Part shown: one piece after another, positions 1-13,353 of the stretch
Layout of the letters: each line of letters starts with the position of its first letter
Position numbering within the stretch: the first letter of the stretch is position 1
Source: Octopus vulgaris
Lineage: Eukaryota
Length of the DNA stretch: 64,000 nucleotides
Direction of reading: 5' to 3'
Assembly: GCA_951406725.2 (NCBI GenBank)
Contig: OX597825.1
Location: 58,962,001 to 59,026,000 of the forward strand
Notes under the pieces: model-generated
The model's database searches: none
What the model was told of the DNA's origin: nothing
Seen by the model: the letters and a program-made list of their open reading frames with translations, nothing else
Translations under genes and position numbers: made by a program

Positions 1-333
1 TCGCAGTCATAGGATCGTGGTTTTGATTCCCAGACCAGGGATTGTGAGTGTTTACTGAGCTAAAACGCCTAAAGCTCTGTGAGGCTCCAGCAGTGGGTGG
101 TGACAAACCCTGCTGTACTCTTTCACCACGACATTCTCTCACTCTTTCTTCCCGTTTCTGTTGTACTTGTATTTCAAAGGGCCAGCCTTGTGACACACTG
201 AATCTCCCCAAGAACTACATTAAGGGTACACGCGTTTGTGGAGTTCTCAGCCACTTGCACATTAATTTCACGAGCAGGCTGTTTTGTTGATTGGATCGAC
301 TGGAACCCTCGTTGTCATAACCGACGGAGTTCC
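1..333 (+). mobile_element. SINE family D, 5' end cut by the window edge
   Basis: B box-like GGTTTTGATTCCC. The first ~150 nt are homologous to the minus-strand copy at about 50968-51217. Confidence 0.6.
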
Positions 334-368
<35 letters not shown>

Positions 369-1672
369 GGGTTACAAAAATAACAATATTTATATATTTA
401 CTTCTGAATATTTACTCCTTATTAGTATATTGACACTGAAGCTGTTCTGATTTTGGCACAAAACAATTCAGGATGCTGGTAGACTTCAACGTGATGTGTT
501 GAAAATTTTGTTCAATTGGCAATGCTTGCTGATGAAGGTAAGGCTTTTGCTAGAACAAGAAATCATGATCCAAGTATATCCAAATACCAAAATACATAGC
601 ATTGGGCTGTATAGGTATGTTAAAAATTCTTTAACCTGTTAGCCTGACCACTGTTGATTTTCTGTCGTATTTTTCAGTGTTATTGGTGGTTTCCAGGCTG
701 GCCTGAGTTACACACACACACACACAGAGTTTATCAAAAGTTGCTCTATGGTAACAAGTGCTAACAAAAAATAAAGAGGACTTTCAGGTAAATACCATAA
801 TTTTTATTAAATTAATACATCAAAATTTTCTCTATTTAAATCAAATATTCCCCCAAAACTGTTCATTCTACAGCCAAACAGACTTGTAATCTTTCTGAGT
901 CTCTGATTGGCAAGTTTTAAGACTTAGATCAGCTGCCAAATGATGGAAGGGATAAAAAAAAATGGCACATATACAGCTGGAACAATTTTGGTAATATGTC
1001 TACAGGATATTATTGAGCAGGGGTTAAACAACAACAGTAATAGACATCAACAGTACTACACGTGAACAAGCAAATACAGATGCCTTGGTTTGTTCACTTA
1101 ACCTGCTAGAAATAACAGCTAAAATCCCCTCAAGATGAAGAAGACATTTGATAATATAGTCTTATCATCATCATTAAATATCTTTTTCTATGCTGGTATG
1201 AGTTGGATGGTTTGACAGGAGCTGGTAAGCTGGAGAGCTGCACCAAGCTCCAGTTATCTGTCCTGGCATGGTTTCTATGGCTGGATGCCCTTCCTAAGAC
1301 CAACCACTTTAAAGAGTGTACTGGGTGCATTTAATGTGGCACCAGCATGGGTGCTTCATATGTGGAACCATCATGGGTGCTTTATAATTGACACCAACAT
1401 GGGTGCCTCATATGTAGCACCAGGATGGGTGCTTTTTATGTGGCACCAGCATGTGGTACGAGCCTACTTTATCTAAATAAAGACAGCAAATTTGTTTGAT
1501 TGTTATAATTCAGCTTGATAGTCATTTGATAATGTTACTGTACAGCTTACATCAGACTACCATCACATTATATGTATGCATGCACATATATGTATGTATA
1601 TATATAAACACACACATATACATCTCTCTCAATGTATATATATGTACGTGTGTGCATATATATATATACATA

Positions 1673-1792
1673 TAAATATAATATGTGACAATTATTCCGA
1701 ATAATTGTCACATATTATATTTACAGATAAATTCCTCTATTTACATAATTTGAGGTCTCTTTCTTTCTTTTGTTATCTTACCATTTTTACCA

Positions 1793-1793
<1 letters not shown>
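1673..1793. repeat. Fold-back insert in (TA)n: 25-bp perfect palindrome plus unpaired tail
   Basis: Arms 1673-1697 / 1699-1723, 1-nt spacer. Confidence 0.8.
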
Positions 1794-1847
<54 letters not shown>

Positions 1848-2099
1848 GTAATTTTGTGGATTAATGGGTATATGTCAATTAAGGTGTTGAGTAAAGCATG
1901 TTCACAGTTAGGGCAACCTGGTGTCAACTACAGCAGGGTATATTTCTGCTAGATCTACTTCAGGAATTCTGCACTGTTAGTTGAAATAATGATAATTGAT
2001 GAAGGAAACGGAAGATAGATTTGACAGCAGTCTTTATTCAGTACAATGATTGTTTCACCTCATCCTGCAACTATCCGTTATCGGTAGGGTTTTGTGCAT

Positions 2100-2658
2100 C
2101 TAAATGTGCAGCATCAATCTATGCAGTTTGTGTCACATCACTCCATCAAGCACAAGAGAATACCTTCCATCAGGCATTTGTCACATTCTGAATGCCTTAC
2201 TTTCCTGGGCATGGATACATTGAAACTCCAACATCTGGCAACTGACTTGGCAGACACTCATAAAATTATTAACCATCTTACAAACAATAACTCTGAGCAT
2301 CTTTTCAAACTCCACCTGTCTAACACCCGTGGACATGTTTACAAAGTCAGAAAACAGCACAGCTTCCATGACTTTCGGAAACATTTTTTCACGCTAAGAG
2401 TTGCTGATGCATGGAACAAACTGCTTGCATCAGTTGTTAGTTGTCAGAGCACTGCTTCCTTCAAAACTTCCATGCTTCCTGAGATTTGCCAGCACTACAC
2501 CTGATTTTCTCCCCTCCATACACACACAAGCATGTATCTGACTCATACACTGTTCACTTTCCAGACATTTGTACATTACTGCATATGCTTTACACGCACT
2601 TTTGACAAGTTGTGGTGCACCTGAGCACTGTATACAATAATTCCATTATTATTATTAT
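2100..2658 (+). mobile_element. CR1/L2-group LINE 3' fragment
   Basis: ORF 2094-2504 has the ORF2 C-terminal motifs (LGMDTL..DL..HKII..NTRGH..RKHFFTLRV..WNKL..SVV..SFK), followed by a 3' UTR and (TTA)n tail. Confidence 0.85.
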
Positions 2659-3067
2659 CAGGTACATAAGTTGGTCATAAACCAAAATACACTGGGCAAG
2701 AATAACATGCCTAGGACAACTCAGTATATCTAGTGGGACATCCCCTTCTTTATGCATGTGCCTGATGTGACACCAACTGTACAGATTGATGCAATACAAA
2801 TAGATGCACAAAATCCTATGCATATTGGACAGTTGCAAGATGGGTCAAAATGATTGTCATACTGAACAAAGACTAGTGCTAAATCTATTTTCCATTTCCT
2901 TCACTGATTATTATTATTATATATTCACTATATCCACTGTATACACTTCTGAAATAGCCAAATGAATACAAATAATGCAACCATACTCTTTTTTCTACTT
3001 TAGTCTGTTAGCGGTGGCCATGCTGGGGCACCACTGTAGATTTTTTTTAAAGTTTATTAAAGCTTAC

Positions 3068-3166
3068 CTTGTTTTGTATGTTAAGGGGCACACCTTCTTC
3101 TTTAAGGTAATGAACCACATCTAAATGCCCATGACGAACAGCCCAAAATATTGCACTATCATTGTG
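3068..3166 (-). CDS. DAPK1: DAPK1-like coding exon, one ankyrin repeat (HNDSAIFWAVRHGHLDVVHYLKEEGVPLNIQNK); gene continues off the left end of the window
   Basis: 99 bp, acceptor gtattttcag, donor gtaagc. Resembles human DAPK1 GGSNAVYWAARHGHVDTLKFLSENKCPLDVKDK (recalled). Confidence 0.92.
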
Positions 3167-3446
3167 CTGAAAATACAAGAAATAGAGATTTTAAGTCTGA
3201 AAATGTATGTGTATGTGTGTGTGTGTGCGTGTATGTGAGTGCGTGTGCACCTGTGTACATATGTGAAAACTAATGGTAAAGAATTAAAAAAAATATAAGA
3301 GAAAGAAAGATAAAAAAAACTGTTAAAAGAAGAACCAATCACAGTCACAAGAGAACACATTCATTATCACCTTTGTTACTTATGTGTATGGTGTGTGTGC
3401 ATGCACATATGTTTGTAAAAGTGTTGGTGTGTGCGTATATTTTATA

Positions 3447-3502
<56 letters not shown>

Positions 3503-3541
3503 TATTTTAAAGTATACAGTGTTATCGATTCATTACAGGCA

Positions 3542-3613
3542 ATCTTATCGGTCAGTTTCACACTTGATATTAGATAACAGGCCAGTTATCTAATACATGC
3601 GCTCTTCAGAGAT
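3542..3613 (-). ncRNA. Type I hammerhead ribozyme motif (Penelope-type)
   Basis: Minus strand reads ATCT-CTGAAGA-stem II (includes a perfect 11-bp TATTAGATAAC/GTTATCTAATA helix)-GAAAC-TGACCGATA-AGAT. It lies close to a (TA)n tract. Confidence 0.7.
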
Positions 3614-4610
3614 GATTAGGCATGCACAAAATATTGATGATATATATGACATGATTTCCAGCATTTTTTTTACATCTGCTTTTTCCTTGTTAGTTTAATG
3701 AGATTTGTTACAGTAATATTCCTGATAACACTTTGTTTATTTATTTATTTTTTTTTCAAGTAGGGTAATCAATTCCACAACTATTGAACATATTGTTCAT
3801 GTGGTACATAAGCACCCATTGATAGCTGGGTGGTGTCAATGAAAAGAGACACAGATACAAAGACACAGGTATCATCATTCTCATCAATGTCCATTTTCCA
3901 TGCTCAAATTGGTTGGATGTTTTGACAGGATTGATAGGCCACAGGTCTATACCGATCTCCAGTGTCAGCTTTGGCATGGTTTCTATGGCTAGATACCCTT
4001 CCTAACATCAACTTTACTGTGCGTACTGGATGCTTTTCCATGCTAGTAGCACTAGTGAGGGTTTCCAAGTAACTTAAACCCTTAACATTCAAAATTACTT
4101 GTCAGATTTAATAATTATTTATTCATATTGTTTTTAATATCTTGTAGCTTCGAAGTTTCAATGATATGTTTGTTTGTTTTTAGAATGACATTGTAGGTAT
4201 GTGGGAGAGACATATTAAAAAGACACTTGTCATTGGTGTCACACAGTGGGAGTAAACTCCAAAACTGTGAGGTTGCAAAGTGAACTTAGGAACATAACAT
4301 GCCTGGGGCAGGGGAAACATTTTGTGGAGGAAGGGTTCATTGTAGAAGTCTTGGACAAAGTCCTGTTTAGCACAACAAACAATATGGTTGGTTAGAAAAA
4401 GAAAAGGTGACTAAACTGGGTTAGGTATAGATGGAGATGGCATAAAGCCAGTAGCTCTGAGAAATAGGAATCAATTGAGAAGATAGGACATCTGTGGGGC
4501 CAAAGTTTGGAGTGTGGTGAGCAAATCAGTTGGGTGGCTTTTTATTTTTGTTTTTGATGTGGCTAAGGATATTGGTAAACAAACAACAAAAACGCACTCA
4601 TCTAGCTTAC

Positions 4611-4709
4611 CTTGTCAAGAACATCGATATTGGCTCCTTTGGAATGAAGATATTTGATCACATCAACATGTCCTCCACTAGCAGCATTGTGGATGGCTGT
4701 CTCACCATG
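4611..4709 (-). CDS. DAPK1: DAPK1-like coding exon, one ankyrin repeat (HGETAIHNAASGGHVDVIKYLHSKGANIDVLDK)
   Basis: 99 bp = 33 aa canonical ankyrin repeat. Acceptor ttcattttag, donor gtaagc, phase 0/0, in frame with the flanking exons. Confidence 0.92.
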
Positions 4710-6187
4710 CTAAAATGAAAACCACAAAATATAACTGAAGACAAGAATAGTGAACATTTGAATAAAACAGCCCAAAAGCCAAAACACAATATGCCCCATG
4801 AGTGAAAGTACCTAATCATGGTAGATTCTGAACTGGAAAAGTACCACAATTACACAACATACCATACTGTCACACTATTCAGCATTCCATAATTTCATAC
4901 CAGTGAGTACCCCAACACTGTTATGTTTTATACATACTCACTACCATAAAATACAGCTCCTACCCATGCTGCTGCACCACAGAGCAATCACACTGATGCA
5001 CAACACAGCACCCACACTACTTCAGCACACAGTACCCCCACCACAACATTGCCACAGTGCACAGCATTTGACATGCTCACACCATAGAGTACCCCATGAC
5101 ACAACACCGTTAAACACCCTATTTGTTCACACTACACTACATTCCATACTTCTATACATGTGACGCTGGATCCAAACCAAGGCTACAGTATACTGAAGGT
5201 GCAGTAGTTTCTCAGAACGCCAGAAGGAAACTATGCTGAAATGAGTTGCAACATCACTAGTGCCAAGTTGTATTGGCCCCTTTGCCTTTCACATCAGTGG
5301 CATGGAAAGGGGAGATTGGTATGATTGGAAGACTGCTGGTCTACCATAAACAACCTTGCCCAGACTTGTGCCTCAGAGGGGAACTTTCTAGGTGCAATCC
5401 CATGATCATTCATAGCTGAAGGGGTCTTTACCCTATGAGAGAGATGGTTATAATTGGCAGTCATTACTACACAGTATAAAATGCCTTAACTTTTCCCTTT
5501 CCTCCTACTAGTTTTGGGGTCCCTGTAAATATTAAAGTACATAGAGGCAACCCTTCCTTTCCTAAGTAAGTAATACTCATTTCTACAGATGAGTGAAGTG
5601 AAATAAAGTGACTTGCCCAAGAACACAACACACAGCCCAGTCCAGAAATTAAACTCACAGCCTGATGCTCTAACCACTGAGCCATGTGCTCTCACTTATA
5701 TACTTTTCCTCTGGTGCCAGCACAACAGTTTAACGTAGCAGTATATCTGAGATCGATAAAATAGTCCCAGACAGAAATAAGAGTTGACACTGATACAATC
5801 AACAAAATTATTTGCAGGTGATTATCCCCAGTCTGACCTCTAATCCAAGGGCTGAAACCAGTATAAAGGAATAAAAACAAGATATTTAAAAAAAAAGCCC
5901 CAGAAGGAATGGAAGAGAAAAAGAAGTAGTAGTGGTGGTGGTGGTGGTGATGATAGTAGCAGAATTAGTAACTGCATTAGTTGTAGTAGTAGTGATGGTG
6001 GTAATAGTATTAATGGTGGTGGTAGAGACAGTAGTGGTAGTGTGGGTAGTGATGGTGATAATAATGGTGGAGATGGTGGTGGTGATTGTAGTAGTAGTAG
6101 TAGTAGTAGTAGTAACAGTGGTGTTGGTAGTAGCAGATTAAAAAAACAGAAAAACAAGGGATCATTAAACAAACATCCAGTTCTTAC

Positions 6188-6307
6188 CCTGTTTGCTGTG
6201 TTGACATTTACATTGTTTGCCATGCTAAGTAATTCCTTTAAACCAGCCAAGTTACCTTCCTCGGCACTCTGGAATAACGCTGCCATGACCACATTCTCGG
6301 CTTTGTC
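6188..6307 (-). CDS. DAPK1: DAPK1-like coding exon, start of the ankyrin region (DKAENVVMAALFQSAEEGNLAGLKELLSMANNVNVNTANR)
   Basis: 120 bp, phase 0/0, acceptor tttattctag and donor gtaaga. The peptide aligns by eye to the human DAPK1 segment DEEDSFVMKAIIHAINDDNVPGLQHLLGSLSNYDVNQPNK (recalled). Confidence 0.88.
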
Positions 6308-6435
6308 CTAGAATAAACAACAATAACAACAACAAATAAACAAAAAGCAGAAACAAGACAAATATAATGTTACAAAAAATACCAGTTAAGGTTTTTTATA
6401 TAAACAATCTCCATCAGTGGAATGAATATACATAC

Positions 6436-6466
<31 letters not shown>

Positions 6467-9400
6467 TACATACATATACATACACAATTCGTTCAGAAAT
6501 ATTTGCTCTTTACATATAACTGGTGAGATTGTATGCTGTTTGGTTAAGAAGCTTGCTTTCCAATCACAAGGGTTTGGGCTTAGTTCCATTGCATGGCACT
6601 TTGAGCAAGTGCTTTCTGCTAAAACTCAGCTGCGGGTTGACAAAAGCCTTGCGATTAGATTTCATAGACAGAAACTGAAAGAAGCCCCCATCATCTCAAC
6701 CTTGGAGTGAACAAAACTGAGATGTTGATGATGATGATGATCATCATCATCCTCATCGTTTAACATCAGCTTTCCATGCTAGCATGGGTTAGATGATTTG
6801 ACTGAGGTCTGGTGAACCAGATGGTTGCACCAGACTCCAATCTGATCTGGCAGAGTTTCTACAGCTGGATGCCCTTCCTAACGCCAACCACTCTGAGAGT
6901 GTAGTGGGTGCTTTTACGTGCCACCGGCATGAGGGCCAGTCAAGTAATACTGGCAATGGCCACGCTCAAATGGTGCTTTTTATGTGCCACCTGCACAGGA
7001 GCCAGTCCAGCGACACTGATTGTTTCAAAATGGTGTAAGAGAATTTGTCTGAAGCAGTATTAACTGGATAAGGGGTGCAAAGCAAAGGAGAAAAGCGGCT
7101 GCAAACATACAGCATGAAATGACCTGTAACCTTCATGCTTGCAACACCTGCAGGCTTCTTTGCAAATTGTTGGTGAGACTCAAATGTCACATTCAACACA
7201 AGCATTATGACTGACAAAGATAGTGCAAGTTGTCAGATCCTTGTACATCAAAATCGATGGGACAGTCAATCATATATATCTATACATGTATGTACGTGTA
7301 CATGTAGGTATATAAGTGTATATGTGTATGTATGGATAAGTGTGTGTCAGGGTCTCCTTATCTTGACATCATGTCTGGGCATGGGGAAATATTATCTTGC
7401 TTGGAAACAGATAAAGATTGGCGTCAGGAAGGACATTTGTCTGTAGAAAAATCTGTTCCAACACATTCTGGTTGAGCCATGCGAGCATGGAAAAGTGGTC
7501 ATTAGAACAATGATGAAACAATGTAAGATAGAGAGAACTCTAGTCTAGTTAGAGATAACCTCTCTTGTTAAAAAGTGATATGTAAAACAAAACTGAGGTC
7601 AAGCTGTAAAGTGATTACTGACTAGATGACCATCCAGCCATGGAAACCATGTCAAAGTAATGATGTACATGACATTAAAGTTGGTGGATGAGTTTTTGTG
7701 TGGGCCAGATGATGAAAGGCTGTAGCAGGTGGTAAGGTGATGTTGTGAGACTTGATCAAGCAATAACAACGTTTAAAAATAGACATTAAATAGTAATGAA
7801 GTTGTTTTATGCTTTTATCATCATCATCATCATCGTTTTGATATTCTCTTTTCCATACTTGCGTGGATCACACTAAATTCATTGAAGCAAATTTCCTCAG
7901 GCTGGATGCCTTTCCTGTAGCCAATCCTCACCTGTTTTCAAGCAAGGTAAAGGTAACTCTCCCCTGTTTTCACAGAGGATAGGTAATGAAGGATACTGCT
8001 TGTATGATGGTGACATTTATTTACAACTATCAAGACAAGAAAATACAAATACACACGTACAAATATGTATGATGAGGAAAATGATGGTGTATATGTGTGA
8101 TTGAGATAAGATGACAGAGGATCAAGATATGCGGTGCATTGCTATACTTGAGAAGACCCACCCAACACAACAGAACTGAAATCCTAAAACCAAGTTCCAC
8201 ATAAAAAAGCACTGGTGCCACTTTAAAAACACTGATGATAGTGCCATGTCAAAAGCACCCAGTACACTCTGTAGAGTGGTTGGCATTAGGAAGGTATCCA
8301 GCCATAGAAACCAAGTTAAAACAGACAATGGAACCTGGTGCAGTTCTCCAGCTTACCAGTTTCTGTCAAACTGTCAGCATGGAAGACAAATGTTAAATGA
8401 TGATGATTTTGTTTATGATGTGAGCTGGAAATCTGTACAGCTGATCCAAGACTGTAGCCACAAAAGCTCCAATGAAAGACATACTGACGAATTCTATCCC
8501 AGCTAGTATGTTGCTCTGTTTAACAGGGTCTCCATCAGACATGGGAAACTCTTGTGGGCCTGGCAAAAAGTATGCTAAAAAACTCAACAACAATGACAAC
8601 ACCTGAAGCGTCCAAAACTGACTTTCACGCCAATACCAATGAGAGATCCTGTACTTTGTCATTTGACTTGCTGGAAACACTAACCAAATCTTCCTTAAAT
8701 CACACCCAACTTAGCTAAAAAGAATGGAAGGACACATTGGATGATATAGCCCCAGGTTACAGCCAGCTTCCATGCCAGAAACAAACAGGAATGTCTTTGA
8801 TCAGGGTTGACCTGGAGCTAAACAATCAACATGTCTTAAAACCATGGCTCCTTGGGTCAGAGGCCGACAATCCTCCTCACAACACACCTATCGCCATTAC
8901 CACCCCCCTCACTACCTTAACTTTGCTACCACCACCACCACCACCACCGCCGCAAATTAATATCACTACTACCACCACTACCCTCACTGCCTTAAAGTTG
9001 CTACCTCCACCACAATCTAGTAATCAACCCCCACCCACAAACCACCCCTCTTTCTCTGTAGCTTCCCTTACAGCTTTGAAAAGAAGTGTGTGTGTGTGCA
9101 TGTGTGGGTGGGATACTACCTAGACACCAGACTATTTCAATGTCAGTATGCTTGTAGAGTAGGTCAAAGGTGACCTAGTTACTATCTCTCTCTCATTCAC
9201 CCCTTACCTGTTACTCCACCCCAGGTAAAAGAAGCAGTTTAGTTAATTTCCTCTTACTCCTTCAACACTAATCTCCTCCACCCATCACCCACTTAAAGAT
9301 TAGCTGTGTGTTTATTAACTTTCAGCTTTCTTTATCAAAAAACAAACAAAAATGTATTGATTGGAATAATTACTTGGGAGGGGGGTGATGGGAGTGGGTG

Positions 9401-9854
9401 GGATGGAGTGTTAGTAGTGGTGAAAGAAAAGGCAAGGGTTCAGATGTAATGATGGTGATAGTGGTAGTGGCGGTGGAATGTACAATGGGTGGAGTGGGTA
9501 AAAAAAAAAACACTTGTTATCTTTTAATGTAGGAGATACCAAAGAACTGATAACAGTGATTCAGAAAAGATAACAGTTATGATTCACACACACACACAGT
9601 GAGAGGGTGGTGGCAAAGGTAGCTAAGGTTACAGTGTGGGAACTGTACTTGCTGATAAATAAGGGTGGAAAATTTGTCTGGTCCAAACTCTAATTAATCC
9701 AACCCACTCCCAAGATTTTGTATTTGGTTTGAAAGATTTTTGACATAAACCAGTGTGTTGTGACAGATTTTGTTACATTTTTAGGAGGGTCATAATGTCA
9801 ATAGCAAAAAACATGCCCTGGTTCTATTTCACTTCTTTTATTATTATCATTATT

Positions 9855-10075
9855 AAGGCAGCAAGCTGACAGAATTGTTAGCATGCTGGGCAAAATGCTT
9901 AGCAGCATTTTGTCTGTCTTTAAGTTCTGAGTTCAAATTCCACGAAAGTTGACTTTGACTTTCACCCTTTCAGGATCAATAAATAAAGTACCAGTGAAAC
10001 ACTATGGGGAGGGGGGTCCAGCATCCCTCCTTCCAAATTTCAGGCCTTGTGCCTTTAGTAGAAAGGATTATTATT
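9855..10075 (+). mobile_element. SINE family C (tRNA-like head, central GACTTTGCCTTTCATCCTTTCGGGGTC..AGTACCAG domain, (TTA)n tail)
   Basis: Other copies at about 12100-12335(-), 22785-22970(-), 33826-34003(+), 35274-35440(+), 60950-61425(+, interrupted) and 63150-63370(-). Confidence 0.8.
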
Positions 10076-10380
10076 ATTATTATTATTATCATCATCATTA
10101 GTCAATCGATTATTCAAATCCCAGAGAGTTCCTCTCAACACTTGACTATGATGCTCCCCCACAACTCTTGCTTGTGATCAGAGATGCACATATCGTCAGC
10201 CATCAAGGGACAAGCTCAACTGGTTAAGGTCAAACAACTGACAAGCAAATCTGTGGTAGCCCATCTGTCACACTAAGACAAAACATGTACATGATAACAC
10301 TTCTAATCAGTTAAGATTAGAAGCCATGAGAGTCAGTGCCTGGTACAGCATCAGGGCATTTATAATTATCATTATTATTA

Positions 10381-10896
10381 TAATTGTCTTTGCACAGCTT
10401 CTAATGCTGAAGATGTACTACAGTGTCAGCTGTTCACAACCAGTGAACTAAGGTAACACCTCTTATTTTTCGAGCACCTTCTTGAGTATTCAAGTGGTTC
10501 CAAGCAGTGCTGTCTTCTGCAAGTGCTCCACCCTTATTGCAGCCCCTATTTGTTCCACTTACTTCTCAAGATTTTTGCTCACTGTTCCCAGGGCTCCAAC
10601 AATTATTGGTACTACTGCTACCCTTTTCATCGACTACAACTGCTTAACTTCCCAAGCTAACCTGTCATATCTCTCAACTTTTCTTTCTTCCTTATCGCAC
10701 ACCTTGTTGTCAGCTGGGCATGCTATATCTATGATCCAGCATAGTTTGTTTTCTTTCTCAATTAATACTATATCCAGTTTCCTATTCTCTATCTCATGGT
10801 TGCACTGAATCATAAAATCCCATAGGATCTTTGCATTTCTATTTTCAATGATGCCTTCAGGTTTGTGATCGTACCAAATTTTTGTTCTGTCAAGTC
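10381..10896 (-). mobile_element. R4/Dong-type non-LTR retrotransposon 3' fragment (restriction-like endonuclease domain)
   Basis: Minus strand translates WYDHKPEGIIENRNAKILWDFMIQCNHEIENRKLDIV..IIDIACPAD..VPIIVGALGTV..LQKTALLGTT*ILKKVLEK*, with in-frame stops. It ends in (TAA)n. Confidence 0.82.
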
Positions 10897-10925
10897 ATTT
10901 GATTATGGCCATGCTGGAGCACCAC

Positions 10926-10959
<34 letters not shown>

Positions 10960-10960
10960 T

Positions 10961-11178
10961 TATGTTTGACTTTTGCTTTACATTTGTACAAGTTGGCTCC
11001 AAGTCTCATCCAGAGACCTTAAAAGACAAGTTGGAAGTTCATGTTGGTGTTATGCCTAGGGTGCCACATATTTGGTTTTGTACATAGTGTTGTTCTAGAG
11101 AATGTTTAAGAAACCATAAGAAAATCATGTGTTTGTTTTAAAACTTGAGATTACATAGAAAGTATTTTGCGTAGGATT
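10961..11178 (-). mobile_element. Second R4/Dong-like 3' end between (TAA)n tracts
   Basis: ILRKILSM* followed by a ~200-nt UTR, bounded on both sides by (TAA)n. Confidence 0.5.
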
Positions 11179-11645
11179 TATCATTATTGTTATTATTATC
11201 ATCATTATTGTTATTATTATTATTATTATCATCATTATTGTTATTATTATTATTATTATTATCATCATTATTGTTATTATTATTATTATTATCATTATTG
11301 TTATTATTATTATCATTATTATTATTATTATTATTATCATCATTATTGTTATTATTATTATCATCATTATTGTTATTTTTATTATTATTATTATTATCAT
11401 CATTATTGTTATTATTATTATTATTATTATCATCATTATTGTTATTATTATTATTATCATCATTATTATTGTTATTATTATTATTATCATCATTATTATT
11501 GTTATTATTATTATTATCATCATTATTGTTATTATTATTATTATTATTATTATCATTATTGTTATTATTATTATTATTATCATTATTGTTATTATTATTA
11601 TTATTATCATCATCATCATCATCATCATTACTATTATTATTATAA
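11178..11645. repeat. Compound (TAT)n microsatellite with regular CAT/TGT interruptions
   Basis: Directly visible; it is the source of spurious poly-I/Y/L ORFs. Confidence 0.95.
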
Positions 11646-13353
11646 CATTACTATGTGATGGCAGGAACTGCAAAGCTCTGAACTAAATTAGTTACCATGC
11701 AGTATATAATTTAATCTCTACTTCTTGGATTTCACCTCAAATTTTACCTGAGTTAATTGTCCAGTGAGTGAGATAGAATGAGAGACAAGCAGAAAGGAAG
11801 GAAGAGAGTAATTGGACAATGTCACTAACCCACCTACCTACAAAAAGTGCGTAGGTTCATATCCCAATGAAAGCAAAATATATATAAAAGAAAATCATTA
11901 ATGTCTGGAAATAAATCAATTGTTATTGTTAAGTGAGTGGGCTGAAATGAGCTGTTTGTGTTCATTTTTATTTTCTAAAACTACAATAATAATAGTGTTT
12001 TGAATTGAATAAAACTAGTTGATTTTTGTGTTCTGTGTTTTTTTGTTTACTTTTTTGTTCATTCTAGAATTGAGTTGTTACTTGCATTCATATATTTCTT
12101 ATTTCTTTACTACCCACAAGGGGCTAAACATAGAGGGGACAAACAAGGACAGACAAAGGGTTTAAGTCAATTACATTGACCCCAGTGTGTAAATGGTACT
12201 TATTTAATGGACCCCGAAAGGATGAAAGGTAAAGTCGACCTCGCTGGAATTTGAACTCAGAACGTAATAGCAGACGAAATACCGCTAAGCATTTCGCCTG
12301 GCGTGCTAACATTTCTGCCAACTCGCTGCCTTCTATATTTCTTATATATTTCATATATTTCTTTCAATTGAACTGATGAGATGAGGGAACAACAGCTAGG
12401 TGCAATATGGCACCAATACTAAGGGAATAGTTACATAAAAATAATGGTAATGGTTCATAAGGAATCACCTGTAACATGAGAAAGGAGCAACTAATACTGT
12501 AAGATGGATACTCATGTGGAGACCGCTTAGTTGTTGTTACCTTAACCACCAAAGTCAAGTCTGATCCTGTAGACCAATGGCTCCGGCAACGTTGACCTCC
12601 TTATCCTTTTTTACGGTATGATCATATTTGAGTGAGGGCATGTGGTCTACTGGTTAGGGCGTTGTACTCATGATTTCAAGATCATAGTTTCAGTTCCTGG
12701 ACTAAGCAGTGCATTGTGTTCTTGAGCACTTCATTTCATGTTGCTCTGCAATCCCTTTGACATCTGACACACCATGAACCTATACATGCAATGTTGATCT
12801 GATGGAGTGAGTGAACTCATGTACAACACAAACATTTAATCACTATAAACAAACCATCTGTGTAGGTTGTTCAGCAAGAAATTGCTGAACTTGGACTTGA
12901 GAGACTACCAATTGTTTTAAATAAGATGATTATGACATTTTAACAACTGGTTTTACAAGTCTGTTACTGGCATTCATATATTTCTACTACAAACCATTCA
13001 TTTATTACATCATCATCATCATCATCATTCTTTTAATGTCCACTTTTCTGTATTTGCATGGGTCAGGCAGAATTTTTTGAGGCAGATTTTCAATGGTTGG
13101 ATGCCCTTTCTGTCGCCAACCCTAGTTTGTTCCCAGTGAAATTAAATATTTCCCTACGACTAGGCATGTTTTCATGAAAGATTGGAATTAAATGGCACTG
13201 TTTGTATGGTAGTAAAATGCTCATTTAAAACTTACATGTGATGTCAAGACGAGGAGGCACAAACATACAAACACACACACACGTGTGTGTGTGTGTATAT
13301 GTGCATGTGTATATGTGTATGTTGTGTGTGTGATGAGCTTCTTTCAGTCCCTG

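Noticed and set aside
5840-6292. 150-aa ORF as a single-exon gene
   Set aside because: Only the part within 6188-6307 is exon. The rest is read-through past a GT donor into (CAC/TAC)n low-complexity intron.
8393-8680. 95-aa minus-strand ORF with hydrophobic stretches as a possible exon
   Set aside because: Both ends lie in repeats, there is no recognisable domain, and I found no convincing acceptor/donor pair.
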